Under the pieces are notes generated by a model. That model did not search any database. It was given only the letters and a program-made list of their open reading frames with translations, and was not told the origin of the DNA. Made by a program: the position numbers and the translations under genes. This document shows, in pieces, positions 35,730 to 45,306 of a stretch of 64,000 nucleotides of DNA (the first letter of the stretch is position 1; each line of letters begins with the position of its first letter). The DNA is from a virus (lineage: Duplodnaviria; Caudoviricetes): IMG/VR virus record IMGVR_UViG_3300028048_000042; one strand, written 5' to 3'.

Positions 35730-38132
35730 ATGGCAAAAAAGAAATCTCAGCAGATTGATGGGAAAACATTGGATTCTTTGATTGCAGAAGAAAATATTAT
35801 TGATTGTGACGTACAGCAAGAATTAACACAGTCATATATGGATTATTCTATACTTTCTATTGTTGACCGTGCTTTCCCTGAAGTACGTGATGGTATGAAG
35901 CCTGTACAACGTAGAATTCTTTATTGTGGTAAAGTTAAGGGATATGATTCCAATAAACCTTACATGAAATCTGCACGATTTGCAGGTGACGTTATGGGTC
36001 TTTTTCACCCCCACGGCGATTGTTATGGTACTATTGCGAATATGGCAAAGCCTTGGGATATGCGTTATCCGTTAATTGATTTTCATGGTAATCTTGGTTC
36101 GTTAGATGGAGATAAAGAAGGTGCGCCACGTTATACTGAGTGCCGTCTTGATAAAACAGCTTATGAAATTACTGAAGATGTAATGGATAAGCATAGTGTT
36201 GATTTTAAACCCAATTATTCTGAAACGGACGAAGAACCTGTAGTTTTACCTGCATTATTCCCTAATTTCCTTGCTAACGGCTGTCCTACAGGTATTGCGG
36301 TAGGTTATACTTCTTGCGTACCTTCTCACAATCTTACAGAATTGTGTGATATGCTGATTTATGCACTTCAGCATGACGATTACACACTGAAAGATTTGAT
36401 GAAGATTGTAAAAGGCCCTGATTTTCCATATGGGTCAAAAATGCTTAAAGAAGGTTTAAAGAAACTGTATGAAACAGGTGAAGGTAAATTAACCTTTAGA
36501 GCAAATTATGTTATTGAAAACAACAAAGAAACAAATAATCCACAGATTGTATTTACGGATATGCCACCATATTCCAACAAGCCAAAGATTCTTGAAAAAA
36601 TTAATACGCTTATCAATGAAAAACTTTTACCTAGAGTATTGTCTGTTCGTGATGAATCTGTTGGCATGGAAGATATTCGCATTGTTGTAGAATGTATGCC
36701 AACTGCCAATGTTAGTCTTATCATTAAAGATATTTTTGAAAAAACCAAACTTCAGGCTAATGCTTCTTTCTATATGCGTGGTATTTTGGATAAAGAACTC
36801 AAACTTGTCACGTTGATGGATTATGTAGACATTTATCTTAATCATAGATATTCGGTTTGCGAAAATCGGTATAAATATGTTTTGGATGTTAGTAGCAAAA
36901 GATTGAATATTCAGCGTGGTCTTGCAAAAATCATTGATGATATTAAAAATGCAATTAGTATTATTATTGATTCTGAAACAGTTGCAGAAGCGAAGGAAAA
37001 ACTGATTAAGAAGTATGATTTGAATGAAGAGCAGGTTGAATATGTTCTTGAACAGAAAACACGTTCTTTGGTAAATAAAGACAGAAATGTTATTTTTACC
37101 AAAATTGCAGATTTGGAAAAGTTGATTTCTGATACACAGGCAAAGCTTGATGATAAAACTTTGATGAAAAAGGATATTATCAATCAGTTGACTGAACTCA
37201 AAAATAAATTTGGCGATAAACGTAGAACGAAGATTGTTTCTTCTTTTGAGGATATTGATTCTAGTGCAGAAGATGTTCCTGAAAATGTAGTTGCTGTATT
37301 GTATGCAAACGGTAAGGTAAATGTATACGAGGAAGAAGAATTTAAGAAATTTGAGGATAATAAGACTTATAAGGATAAGTCTAATATGTTCCGTCAAATT
37401 CTCCCTTGCAAACGTTCTGATGACCTTCTGATTATTAACAAAACAGGTGAAGTCGAACGTGTGCCAATGAATGCATTGCAGTATAACAATATGAAATTTG
37501 CAGATGCAGTTAATATTATTGTGTATGACCTTGAATCTGAAAAGACTTTGGTATCTGTATTGAAAAATGGCAATGTTAAAAAGACTTTCGTTAATAAAAT
37601 GAAGTTTAAAATTAACAAACCAACACAGATTATCAAAGATATGGATTCTGAAATTGTAGTAAATAAATTGGTTGATGATAATCCAAATGAAGTAATCACA
37701 ATGGCTACCAATAATGGTTTTGTGGGCAGATTTAGTGTTAATTCGTTTACAGCAACAGCTTGTGGTGCTAGAGCAATGACTACAAGTAAATTTGATGATG
37801 ACGATTTCGTTGTTGATTGCAAAATCTCTAATAAGGAACAGGATAAAGAAAACAAAATGCTTATTTTGTTCTCCTATACAGATGATAGCCTTGGCTATAA
37901 AGTCATGAATCTTTCTGATTTGCTTGTTAAAGGTCGTACTGCTAAAGCACTGAATTGTATTTCAGGTAAGAAATTTGCTCATTTGAATGAAATTCATATT
38001 TCAGATGGTGTATTTAAGTTACTTGACAATAAAAATAAAGTGTATGAATTTAAGAAATACAATATTACTGATAGATTGAAAAAAGGCGAATCATTTGATA
38101 AAACCACAGGAATGAATCATCTGATTGATTAA
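35730..38132 (+). CDS. gyrA: Type IIA topoisomerase A subunit (GyrA/ParC)
   Basis: RDGMKPVQRRIL, KSAR, HPHGD, catalytic PRYTE, GIAVG, PSHNL, GPDFP. Confidence 0.92.
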   Translation: MAKKKSQQIDGKTLDSLIAEENIIDCDVQQELTQSYMDYSILSIVDRAFPEVRDGMKPVQRRILYCGKVKGYDSNKPYMKSARFAGDVMGLFHPHGDCYGTIANMAKPWDMRYPLIDFHGNLGSLDGDKEGAPRYTECRLDKTAYEITEDVMDKHSVDFKPNYSETDEEPVVLPALFPNFLANGCPTGIAVGYTSCVPSHNLTELCDMLIYALQHDDYTLKDLMKIVKGPDFPYGSKMLKEGLKKLYETGEGKLTFRANYVIENNKETNNPQIVFTDMPPYSNKPKILEKINTLINEKLLPRVLSVRDESVGMEDIRIVVECMPTANVSLIIKDIFEKTKLQANASFYMRGILDKELKLVTLMDYVDIYLNHRYSVCENRYKYVLDVSSKRLNIQRGLAKIIDDIKNAISIIIDSETVAEAKEKLIKKYDLNEEQVEYVLEQKTRSLVNKDRNVIFTKIADLEKLISDTQAKLDDKTLMKKDIINQLTELKNKFGDKRRTKIVSSFEDIDSSAEDVPENVVAVLYANGKVNVYEEEEFKKFEDNKTYKDKSNMFRQILPCKRSDDLLIINKTGEVERVPMNALQYNNMKFADAVNIIVYDLESEKTLVSVLKNGNVKKTFVNKMKFKINKPTQIIKDMDSEIVVNKLVDDNPNEVITMATNNGFVGRFSVNSFTATACGARAMTTSKFDDDDFVVDCKISNKEQDKENKMLILFSYTDDSLGYKVMNLSDLLVKGRTAKALNCISGKKFAHLNEIHISDGVFKLLDNKNKVYEFKKYNITDRLKKGESFDKTTGMNHLID

Positions 38133-38133
38133 G

Positions 38134-38164
38134 AAAAAGGGGAAGAAAATTCTTCCCCTTTTTT
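38134..38164 (+). terminator. Rho-independent terminator
   Basis: AAAAAGGGGAAGAA-AA-TTCTTCCCCTTTTTT. Confidence 0.8.
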
Positions 38165-38266
38165 GATAATTATTGTGTAGTGGTTGGATTATTAGTTTTG
38201 TGGAAGGAAATTTTTTACAATTTCCCTAAAAAAGCACTATTATAATAGTAAAAAGGAGTGCGTGTA

Positions 38267-39454
38267 ATGGAAGAAAAGAAATTAGTTAAATGTAAATTCT
38301 GCGGTCAAGAAGTAGAAGAAGATAAAATTATCTATGGAGCAAAGAAGTCCTTAACTATTTGTGAGGAATGTTTGGACGTATGTAATCATATCGTGGAAGA
38401 TAGACAAGTTGAAGAAAAATTAACTTTTGATAAAATTTTGAAACCTGCCGAATTGAAAGCAGAATTAGATAAGTATATTGTTGGGCAGGAACATGCTAAA
38501 AAAGTATTATCTGTTGCAGTATATAATCACTATAAAAGAAGTTTGAAAACTACAGATACAATTATCCAAAAATCAAATGTGTGTTTGATTGGTTCTTCAG
38601 GCAGCGGAAAAACATTGCTTGCAACCACTATTGCTCGATTGTTAGACCTCCCTATTGTTATTGTGGATGCCACTAGCTTAACGTCTTCCGGGTATAAAGG
38701 CAAGGATGTAGAAGATTGCTTAACAGCCCTTCTCGAAAAAGCAGATGGAGATATGAAAAAAGCAGAGCATGGCATTATTTTTATTGATGAAATTGATAAG
38801 ATTGCTCGTAAAGGTACTTCTGATGGTAAAGACGTTAATGGTGAGGGTGTTCAGCAGGCATTGTTAAAAATGGTGGAAGGTACAAATGTATCTATTGCTG
38901 ATAAGAAAAACTCGTCTTTATTGACAGATGCTACAACAACAATGAATACTACCAATATTTTATTTATTGTTAGTGGTGCATTCTGCGGAATCGAAGATAT
39001 TATAAATCGCAAACTTGAAAAGAATGTAAAAACTATGGGATTTGGCGTAGAGCGTACAAAACTTTCTGAAGAAGAAAAAAATAATGCTCTTGAAAAAGTA
39101 ACGCAGAGCGATTTGATTGAGTATGGTATGATTCCTGAATTTGTGGGTCGTATTCAAAATATTGCCGTTCTGAAAAAATTAGACCTTGACTCTATGGTAC
39201 GTATTCTTAAAGAACCAAAAGATTCGTTACTTAAACAGTATCAGGAATTACTTAGTATTGATGGCGTAACGTTGACTTTTGAAGATAAAGCCATTGAAAA
39301 AATTGCAAAGACAGCATATAAACAGAAGACAGGTGCTCGTTGCCTGAAGAGTATTCTTGAAAATACTATGCTTGATATTATGTTTGAAGCTCCAACGCAG
39401 GACAAGAAAGAAATTGTCATCAAAGAATCTGATGTAAAAGTAGATAACATTTGA
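38267..39454 (+). CDS. clpX: ClpX ATPase
   Basis: CKFC/CEEC Zn domain, VGQEHAKKVLSVAVYNHYKR, GSGKT, IDEIDK, GEGVQQALLK, TGAR. Confidence 0.93.
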   Translation: MEEKKLVKCKFCGQEVEEDKIIYGAKKSLTICEECLDVCNHIVEDRQVEEKLTFDKILKPAELKAELDKYIVGQEHAKKVLSVAVYNHYKRSLKTTDTIIQKSNVCLIGSSGSGKTLLATTIARLLDLPIVIVDATSLTSSGYKGKDVEDCLTALLEKADGDMKKAEHGIIFIDEIDKIARKGTSDGKDVNGEGVQQALLKMVEGTNVSIADKKNSSLLTDATTTMNTTNILFIVSGAFCGIEDIINRKLEKNVKTMGFGVERTKLSEEEKNNALEKVTQSDLIEYGMIPEFVGRIQNIAVLKKLDLDSMVRILKEPKDSLLKQYQELLSIDGVTLTFEDKAIEKIAKTAYKQKTGARCLKSILENTMLDIMFEAPTQDKKEIVIKESDVKVDNI

Positions 39455-39457
39455 TAC

Positions 39458-39484
39458 AAAGCCCCTAAAATTAGGGGCTTTTTT
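39458..39484 (+). terminator. Rho-independent terminator
   Basis: AAAGCCCCTAA-AA-TTAGGGGCTTTTTT. Confidence 0.8.
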
Positions 39485-39511
39485 GACAACCAAATTAAAA
39501 AAGAGTATAAT
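39483..39511 (+). promoter_or_regulatory. sigmaA consensus promoter for recJ
   Basis: TTGACA-17-TATAAT. Confidence 0.8.
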
Positions 39512-39538
39512 AAAGAATGGAAAGGAGATGGAAATTGA

Positions 39539-41296
39539 ATGGTTTATGATTGGAATATTTTAAATGAAGATTATAAAAACAATTTAATTGATAAAATTTT
39601 GGAGTACAACAGTTCTTTTTCGCGTGGTGGTAAAGACTATAAAATCGTGAATAAAGATGATTATACAAACCCAAAAAGCATTGCATGGATTCCCCCTATG
39701 AAATTGCCTAACATACAAAAAGGTGTAAAAAGGGTAAAAGAAGCTGTAAAAAATAATGAAGCAATTTTTATCGCAGGAGACTATGATGTAGATGGTGTTA
39801 CAGCCACGGCGGTTATGTATTTTGGCATTCGTACATTAACTCCCAATGTGTATTGGCGTGTCCCTAATCGTAAGGATGGCTATGGGTTATCTACAAAGAT
39901 TATTGATGAAGCAATTACAAAAGGTTGCTCTTTGATTATTACGGTAGATAATGGTATCGCCACATTTGAAGCAATTAACTACGCACAGGAAAATGGCGTT
40001 GATGTTGTAGTTACTGACCATCATCAGGTACAAGAAAAACCATCTTGTGAAATTGCAATCGACCCATATGTGGATGATTTTTATCCATTTAAGAGTATTT
40101 GCGGTTGTATGGTTGCTTTTAAATTTTTGCAAGAGTTATTTGGTGCAAATGAAATGATGAAACAGGTGTGGTTTCATGAAGCGTTCGCATTAACGGCAAT
40201 TGCAACGATTGCAGATGTTATGTCGTTACAGAATGAAAATCGCCGTTTTATCTGTTCGTTTTTGAGACTTATGAAAAACAAAAAGTTAAATGTTGGTGTT
40301 GGGTTAGAAAGTTTGTTTAGACATATCAAAAATCTTGATATAGATAATTTAACTGCAACGGCAGTGGCATTTAATGTTGTTCCTTTCATTAATGCAATTG
40401 GTCGTTTGTCAGATGCAAATCAGGCTGTTGAGTTGTTTTTGACAGAAGATGTTGCAGTTGCCGATAAAATTTCTGCTGAAATGGTAAAATGTAATAATCT
40501 TCGTAAGAAGTATCAAAATGATGTAAAGCAAAATCTTCATGTAGACCCCAATAGTCATGTTATTGTAGAATTACTTGAAGATGTACCACATGGTATTATT
40601 GGTGCAGTTGCAGGTACTGTAAGCTCATTGTATGGTAAACCTTGTTATTTGCTTGCACAAAATAACGAAGGAAGTGATATGCTTACAGGTTCAGGGCGTG
40701 CTCCAAATTACAGTCGATTTAATGTGGGTGCATTTGTATCTTCCAATAAAGATATTTGTTCAGGTGGCGGTCATTTATCTGCAAGCGGTATTAAAATTTC
40801 CAAAGCTAATTTGCAGGAATTTAAGAAACGTTGTGAAAAACAAGCAGAAGAAATGTTGAGTGAAGCAGTACCACTTGATGCAACAAAAACTATTATGTTT
40901 GAGTTGAATTTTGCAGATATTACAGATGAAATTATGGATGAATTGCAGACACTTGAACCATTTGGACAAGGCAATGAAGAACCACTATTTTGTACTCGTG
41001 GAGTTTATGTAGATAGTACAAGAATTTGCGGTGAGTTTAAGAACACAATTCAAATGGAATTTATTCATAATGGCAAGGTAATGAAAGGCATTTGTTTTAA
41101 TGATGTTGCCGAAAAATATCTTAATGAATTGGAAGAAATGAAAGCTGTAGATATTTGCTATAAACTTCAGTATAATTATTGGCGTGGGAATAAAACAATT
41201 CAGATGTTAATTGAAGATTTTAGACCAACTTCAAAAATGATTGAAGATAGTATTGCGATTAAAGAAGATGACTTAACAGACATTAATTTTTGGTAA
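39539..41296 (+). CDS. recJ: ssDNA exonuclease RecJ (DHH family)
   Basis: GDYDVDG, GYG, TVDNG, TDHH, TIADVM, GSGR, GGH, EPFGQGNEEP. Confidence 0.93.
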   Translation: MVYDWNILNEDYKNNLIDKILEYNSSFSRGGKDYKIVNKDDYTNPKSIAWIPPMKLPNIQKGVKRVKEAVKNNEAIFIAGDYDVDGVTATAVMYFGIRTLTPNVYWRVPNRKDGYGLSTKIIDEAITKGCSLIITVDNGIATFEAINYAQENGVDVVVTDHHQVQEKPSCEIAIDPYVDDFYPFKSICGCMVAFKFLQELFGANEMMKQVWFHEAFALTAIATIADVMSLQNENRRFICSFLRLMKNKKLNVGVGLESLFRHIKNLDIDNLTATAVAFNVVPFINAIGRLSDANQAVELFLTEDVAVADKISAEMVKCNNLRKKYQNDVKQNLHVDPNSHVIVELLEDVPHGIIGAVAGTVSSLYGKPCYLLAQNNEGSDMLTGSGRAPNYSRFNVGAFVSSNKDICSGGGHLSASGIKISKANLQEFKKRCEKQAEEMLSEAVPLDATKTIMFELNFADITDEIMDELQTLEPFGQGNEEPLFCTRGVYVDSTRICGEFKNTIQMEFIHNGKVMKGICFNDVAEKYLNELEEMKAVDICYKLQYNYWRGNKTIQMLIEDFRPTSKMIEDSIAIKEDDLTDINFW

Positions 41297-41298
41297 AA

Positions 41299-41329
41299 AA
41301 AAAAGGCATGAGAAATCATGCTTTTTTTT
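41299..41329 (+). terminator. Rho-independent terminator
   Basis: AAGGCATGA-GAAA-TCATGCTTTTTTT. Confidence 0.75.
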
Positions 41330-41360
41330 ATTATAAAAAATACCACAAAAAACTATAATA

Positions 41361-41520
41361 TAGGTGAGTGCAGGATAGCAAAAAGAACGGTTTCAAAGGA
41401 TTGTTTGAAACACTCAAACTTTCATGATAAAAGTGCGCATATTTGATTGAATTGTGTTGAGTTTAATATACAGCAGTACGATACTAACTAAGTAATTTTG
41501 CATCCGCCGCACTTAGTTGT
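41361..41520 (+). ncRNA. Putative structured RNA / leader upstream of WYL gene
   Basis: Begins just after TATAAT (41354-41359); closing stem TGAGTGC-GGAT-GCAAAA / TTTTGC-ATCC-GCACTTA plus internal hairpins. Confidence 0.45.
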
Positions 41521-41545
41521 ATAATTAAGGAAGGAAAAACTTTTC

Positions 41546-42190
41546 ATGAAAAGATTAATAGCTAATAGTCTAACGCCTGTCAAGCTAGATGATGGGGCGA
41601 TACAATATTTGACAGACTCTATGGCCAATGGCCTACTTATCCAAATTGAATATCAAGGGTCAGGTTGGCGAACAGTTCAACCATACTCGTTTACAACATC
41701 GAAAGATAACAACCTTTTGGTAATGTGCTATAAGTCAGACGGTTCGGTGCGTTCCTATAGATTTGACCGTATTGAGCAGTTATATGTAGATGAAGTTTTA
41801 ATGCAGAGTGGTGATATTCCTGAAAATGAGGATAAAAGACCTAATTTGTCTGATTTTGAAATTCCGTATTTACCTGAATATGATGAAATTCTTGAACTTT
41901 CTGAAAATGAAAGTGGAGAACCTTTCCAAGATGGACTCGACAGTATTGAAGAAGGACAAACGTTTGAACCACAGCCAATTGAAGATGAAAATGATAAAAA
42001 AGAATCTGAAGAAAATGATGAATTCGTGAATGATAATGATAACGAAAAAATTCAGGATAATGACGAATCAACAAACAATGACAGTTCTGATAATAATGTT
42101 GATGTTGATTTAGATAATGAAGATGATTCTGATGAAGACGTTGATGTTGATTTAGATAACGAAGAGGAAAACAATAATGAACAAAAATGA
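41546..42190 (+). CDS. Stand-alone WYL-domain protein with D/E/N-rich tail
   Basis: IQIEY...RTVQPY...LLV...VRSYRFDRIEQL. Confidence 0.8.
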   Translation: MKRLIANSLTPVKLDDGAIQYLTDSMANGLLIQIEYQGSGWRTVQPYSFTTSKDNNLLVMCYKSDGSVRSYRFDRIEQLYVDEVLMQSGDIPENEDKRPNLSDFEIPYLPEYDEILELSENESGEPFQDGLDSIEEGQTFEPQPIEDENDKKESEENDEFVNDNDNEKIQDNDESTNNDSSDNNVDVDLDNEDDSDEDVDVDLDNEEENNNEQK

Positions 42191-42344
42191 AAATAAAGGC
42201 GTTGAAGTAGCCAATTCATACAAATATTACAACCTTACACACAAATCAGAAGCGCAAGATAAAATTCCTGAATGGATGAAAGGTGTAATTACAAATAAAA
42301 AGGAACGCCCTGATGTAAGCAAATATAAAGGGATTTATCCATAA
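42177..42344 (+). CDS. 55-aa small protein (not in ORF track)
   Basis: MNKNENKGVEVANSYKYYNLTHKSEAQDKIPEWMKGVITNKKERPDVSKYKGIYP; GAGG SD; overlaps WYL stop; followed by terminator. Confidence 0.6.
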   Translation: MNKNENKGVEVANSYKYYNLTHKSEAQDKIPEWMKGVITNKKERPDVSKYKGIYP

Positions 42345-42349
42345 TTGTG

Positions 42350-42376
42350 AAGACCAAAAAAAATTGGTCTTTTTTA
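42350..42376 (+). terminator. Rho-independent terminator
   Basis: AAGACCAA-A6-TTGGTCTTTTTT. Confidence 0.7.
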
Positions 42377-42396
42377 TTTTTTTTGTAAAAAATCAC

Positions 42397-42425
42397 TTGA
42401 CAAGCGTATTCGTAAGATGTATACT
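42397..42425 (+). promoter_or_regulatory. sigmaA-type promoter for sigma gene
   Basis: TTGACA-17-TATACT. Confidence 0.75.
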
Positions 42426-42498
42426 GATGATAGTCTAATTAAGTTGTAATAATGTATTGATAAATGGTATGATTTTTAAACGGAGGTAAACTTTAAGT

Positions 42499-43503
42499 AT
42501 GTTATCTGTTGCAGTTTTTGATGCCAATACTTGCACTATGATGGAAGAATATGCACTCGTTGTAGATTTTGAAGAAGTTAAGGCTTTTGCTGCTAGTTTG
42601 CAGAATAATGTTGCAGACAAAGCAAAAACGGTTATTGAAAAAGTAAATACTATCAAAAAGGATTTTACTGACAATGTAAAGAACATCATCTCTTCCAACA
42701 ATAAAGAGAATGTTACCGTTGCAAATAATGATGTTGCGACAGTAACAGAATCCAAAGTTCCTGAGTGGATGGTTGATGGTGTGGATATGAGGAAGGTTTT
42801 TGACCCCTCATGTTGTAGAATGATGGAGTATTTACACGAAATGACTCCTGAAGAAAAAACAAAAGCAATGGCAAAAAAGATGGAACGTGAAAAGAATTTC
42901 GTTCCTACCATTGAAACGGCTGTAATGCACTATCAGATGGGAATTGAAGAAGCATTTGATTGGTTGTATAGGCAGTTTGAAGATAAAATTGTTAATTTTG
43001 CCAAATCAAAAACTCTCAATCAGTTAGACCGAGAAGATTTGATTGACCGTTTGAATCAGTGCTTTGTCATAACAGTAAGTAAATATCGAGGGGGTACGTG
43101 TTTCAAAACTTATTGGTGGACATGTGCTCAGAACGAAGTAGGTGCATTTTTCAAAAACAAAAATGCAAAAAAACGTACCACAGAAGATAAACAGGCTAAC
43201 GTTAGTTTAGACCAAAAATATGGTGAATCTGATGGCGAACTTATTGATATTGTGCAGTGTGATGCACATGAAAAGATGGAACGTACTATTTTCCTTAGAG
43301 ATATTATCAACAATCAGATTCGTCCGATTTTAAACGATAAGGAAATTGAGGTTATTGATTTGCTCATGCAGGGGTATGATAAAGCGGATATTAATCGTTA
43401 CTTAAACCTTACTCGTGCAGCAGTTTATAATAGAATTAAACGTATTCAGGCAAAACTTATGAAGGTATTCACACCACAGCAAATTGCAGGGTTCTTTGCT
43501 TGA
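42499..43503 (+). CDS. sigma-70 family (SigH/ECF-like) sigma factor with N-terminal extension
   Basis: Region 2 REDLI...FKTYWW...N...KKR, VSLD; region 4 LNDKE...GY...I...LNLTRAAVYNRIKRIQAKL; GGAGG SD. Confidence 0.82.
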   Translation: MLSVAVFDANTCTMMEEYALVVDFEEVKAFAASLQNNVADKAKTVIEKVNTIKKDFTDNVKNIISSNNKENVTVANNDVATVTESKVPEWMVDGVDMRKVFDPSCCRMMEYLHEMTPEEKTKAMAKKMEREKNFVPTIETAVMHYQMGIEEAFDWLYRQFEDKIVNFAKSKTLNQLDREDLIDRLNQCFVITVSKYRGGTCFKTYWWTCAQNEVGAFFKNKNAKKRTTEDKQANVSLDQKYGESDGELIDIVQCDAHEKMERTIFLRDIINNQIRPILNDKEIEVIDLLMQGYDKADINRYLNLTRAAVYNRIKRIQAKLMKVFTPQQIAGFFA

Positions 43504-43509
43504 TTAGGG

Positions 43510-43539
43510 AAAAGCTACAGAAATTTCTGTAGCTTTTTT
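43510..43539 (+). terminator. Palindromic terminator
   Basis: AAAAGCTACAGAAA|TTTCTGTAGCTTTTTT. Confidence 0.8.
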
Positions 43540-43674
43540 ATGTAAAAAAAATAATAATAAGGCTCTTGTTTAAGATTGTTTAACTTGAACAAGCAATTGA
43601 TATGCAAATATTTTTATTATATTTTATATATGTCGAAGTCAGTAAATATAAAACATTTGAGAGGTGCTTGCAAA

Positions 43675-45195
43675 ATGGCAAAAATGATTAATTTGGCGCA
43701 GATTAAGGGCGGTCTTGAATTGAAGAATGCCCTTGAAGCCTTAAAGAAATCTTACCCTGCTTCTAATGTAACAACTACTGATGTTAAATCTGTTACATAT
43801 AAGAAAGCTGCTGAAGGAGAGAAATCTGATGAAGAAGGTTTCCTCCTTGATGAAGAAGGTAAACGTGTAGTTGAATCACAGGAAACTTATACCGCACAAG
43901 AACTTTTGACAAAACTCAATACTTCTATGGAAGAATTAACAGGTGGTAGCGGTAAGGGGTCTATTGACTCTCGCATTCAGGATGCAGTAAAGACTATTAC
44001 TGACCGTGAGGTTTTTGACTATGTTCGTCTTTGGATTAAAGATTATGATGTAACCAAACCACTTGATTTAATTCAATTAACAAATGGTGTTTCTGAGGAA
44101 GTTGTTAAAGGCAATGTGTCTAATGTTCCTACAGACCTCAGTGCGGTAACTTTGAAGCAGGAAGATTTGGCAAAAATGTCTTTAGGTGTACCTTTTGTTG
44201 TTTATACAAAAGAAGGTGAGCCTGTTTTTGACGCTGATAAGAAAAATGTAACCGTTACATTTACTTCAGATGGGGAAGGTGAAACTGCGGTTATTAAAGC
44301 AAATTTCTCTGCGACTCCATATGAATATGTAACTGAAACAAAGGTTACTAATGTTAGTGATGAAGAAGTTACTGTCGGTGCAGACAAAAAGACTTTAGCA
44401 CTTGCAAATAAATATGTAGATACAAGTACAGTTGTTATTGTTGATACTAACGGAGCTACAATTAGCCGTAGAAATTATTTTGTAAATTCTCTTGCAGGCG
44501 TTGTTGAATTCCGTAGAGAATATGAGGAAAATGAAAAGTTTAAAGTAACATATTCTTTCCACAAATACGAGGAAGTGAAAACTGAACTTGCTACAAAAAC
44601 AGATGCTTGGTTTAAACTTTATCCTATTGAAAAAACAACTTTCGGTTCTTTAAAATCTGATTATATGGTTGATAATGTTGAAATTAACAACATTCAAATT
44701 TCTAATGCAGTTAGTGAACTTGAGAAAAAACTTGCTGAAGAAACTGACATTGTAGAACAGATTATTGCAACCGTTGCTGATGTTTCTATTCAGAATGCAT
44801 TAAAAGCTATTACAGCAAGTCTTGAAGAACGTCTTGAAAAAGTAGAAAAAGCTATTAAGGTAATGAGTAGCTTTGTTACAGATGTTTTTGATGCACCTGC
44901 TGAAGGTACTGTAGATTTCTCACTTTCTGCTGTTCCAACTGCTAAGAAGGTAGAACTCTTTATTAATGGTGTTCGTTATCGTGAAGGGGATGCTTTCACT
45001 GTAGACCGTGATAGAGTTGCTACAACAGGTAATAAAGGTTATCAGCCATCTGCTAAATGGCTCTTCACTGCTACAAACGGTGGTTTTGACCTTGGTACAG
45101 ATTATGAAGTCGTGTTTGAATATGTTGGCGATACTGATAAAGTAATGTTTTCTAATGAAGGTGTGGAAGTAAGCACACAACCCAATAATGCCTAA
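43675..45195 (+). CDS. Putative virion structural protein
   Basis: GAGGTG SD before ATG 43675; beta-rich domains (VELFINGVRY.EG..F), coiled coil. Confidence 0.6.
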   Translation: MAKMINLAQIKGGLELKNALEALKKSYPASNVTTTDVKSVTYKKAAEGEKSDEEGFLLDEEGKRVVESQETYTAQELLTKLNTSMEELTGGSGKGSIDSRIQDAVKTITDREVFDYVRLWIKDYDVTKPLDLIQLTNGVSEEVVKGNVSNVPTDLSAVTLKQEDLAKMSLGVPFVVYTKEGEPVFDADKKNVTVTFTSDGEGETAVIKANFSATPYEYVTETKVTNVSDEEVTVGADKKTLALANKYVDTSTVVIVDTNGATISRRNYFVNSLAGVVEFRREYEENEKFKVTYSFHKYEEVKTELATKTDAWFKLYPIEKTTFGSLKSDYMVDNVEINNIQISNAVSELEKKLAEETDIVEQIIATVADVSIQNALKAITASLEERLEKVEKAIKVMSSFVTDVFDAPAEGTVDFSLSAVPTAKKVELFINGVRYREGDAFTVDRDRVATTGNKGYQPSAKWLFTATNGGFDLGTDYEVVFEYVGDTDKVMFSNEGVEVSTQPNNA

Positions 45196-45306
45196 GTTAT
45201 TGTTTGTTTGAACATTATACACTCACAACAATATGATTTTTAAGAGTAGATTGTCTATTTTTAGAGTAGAACAATCTACTCTTTTTAATACGGATGTGAT
45301 TAGGGA

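Noticed and set aside
41361-41520. tRNA or known riboswitch
   Set aside because: No cloverleaf, T-loop or CCA, and no aptamer consensus I recognise; kept only as an unclassified structured RNA.
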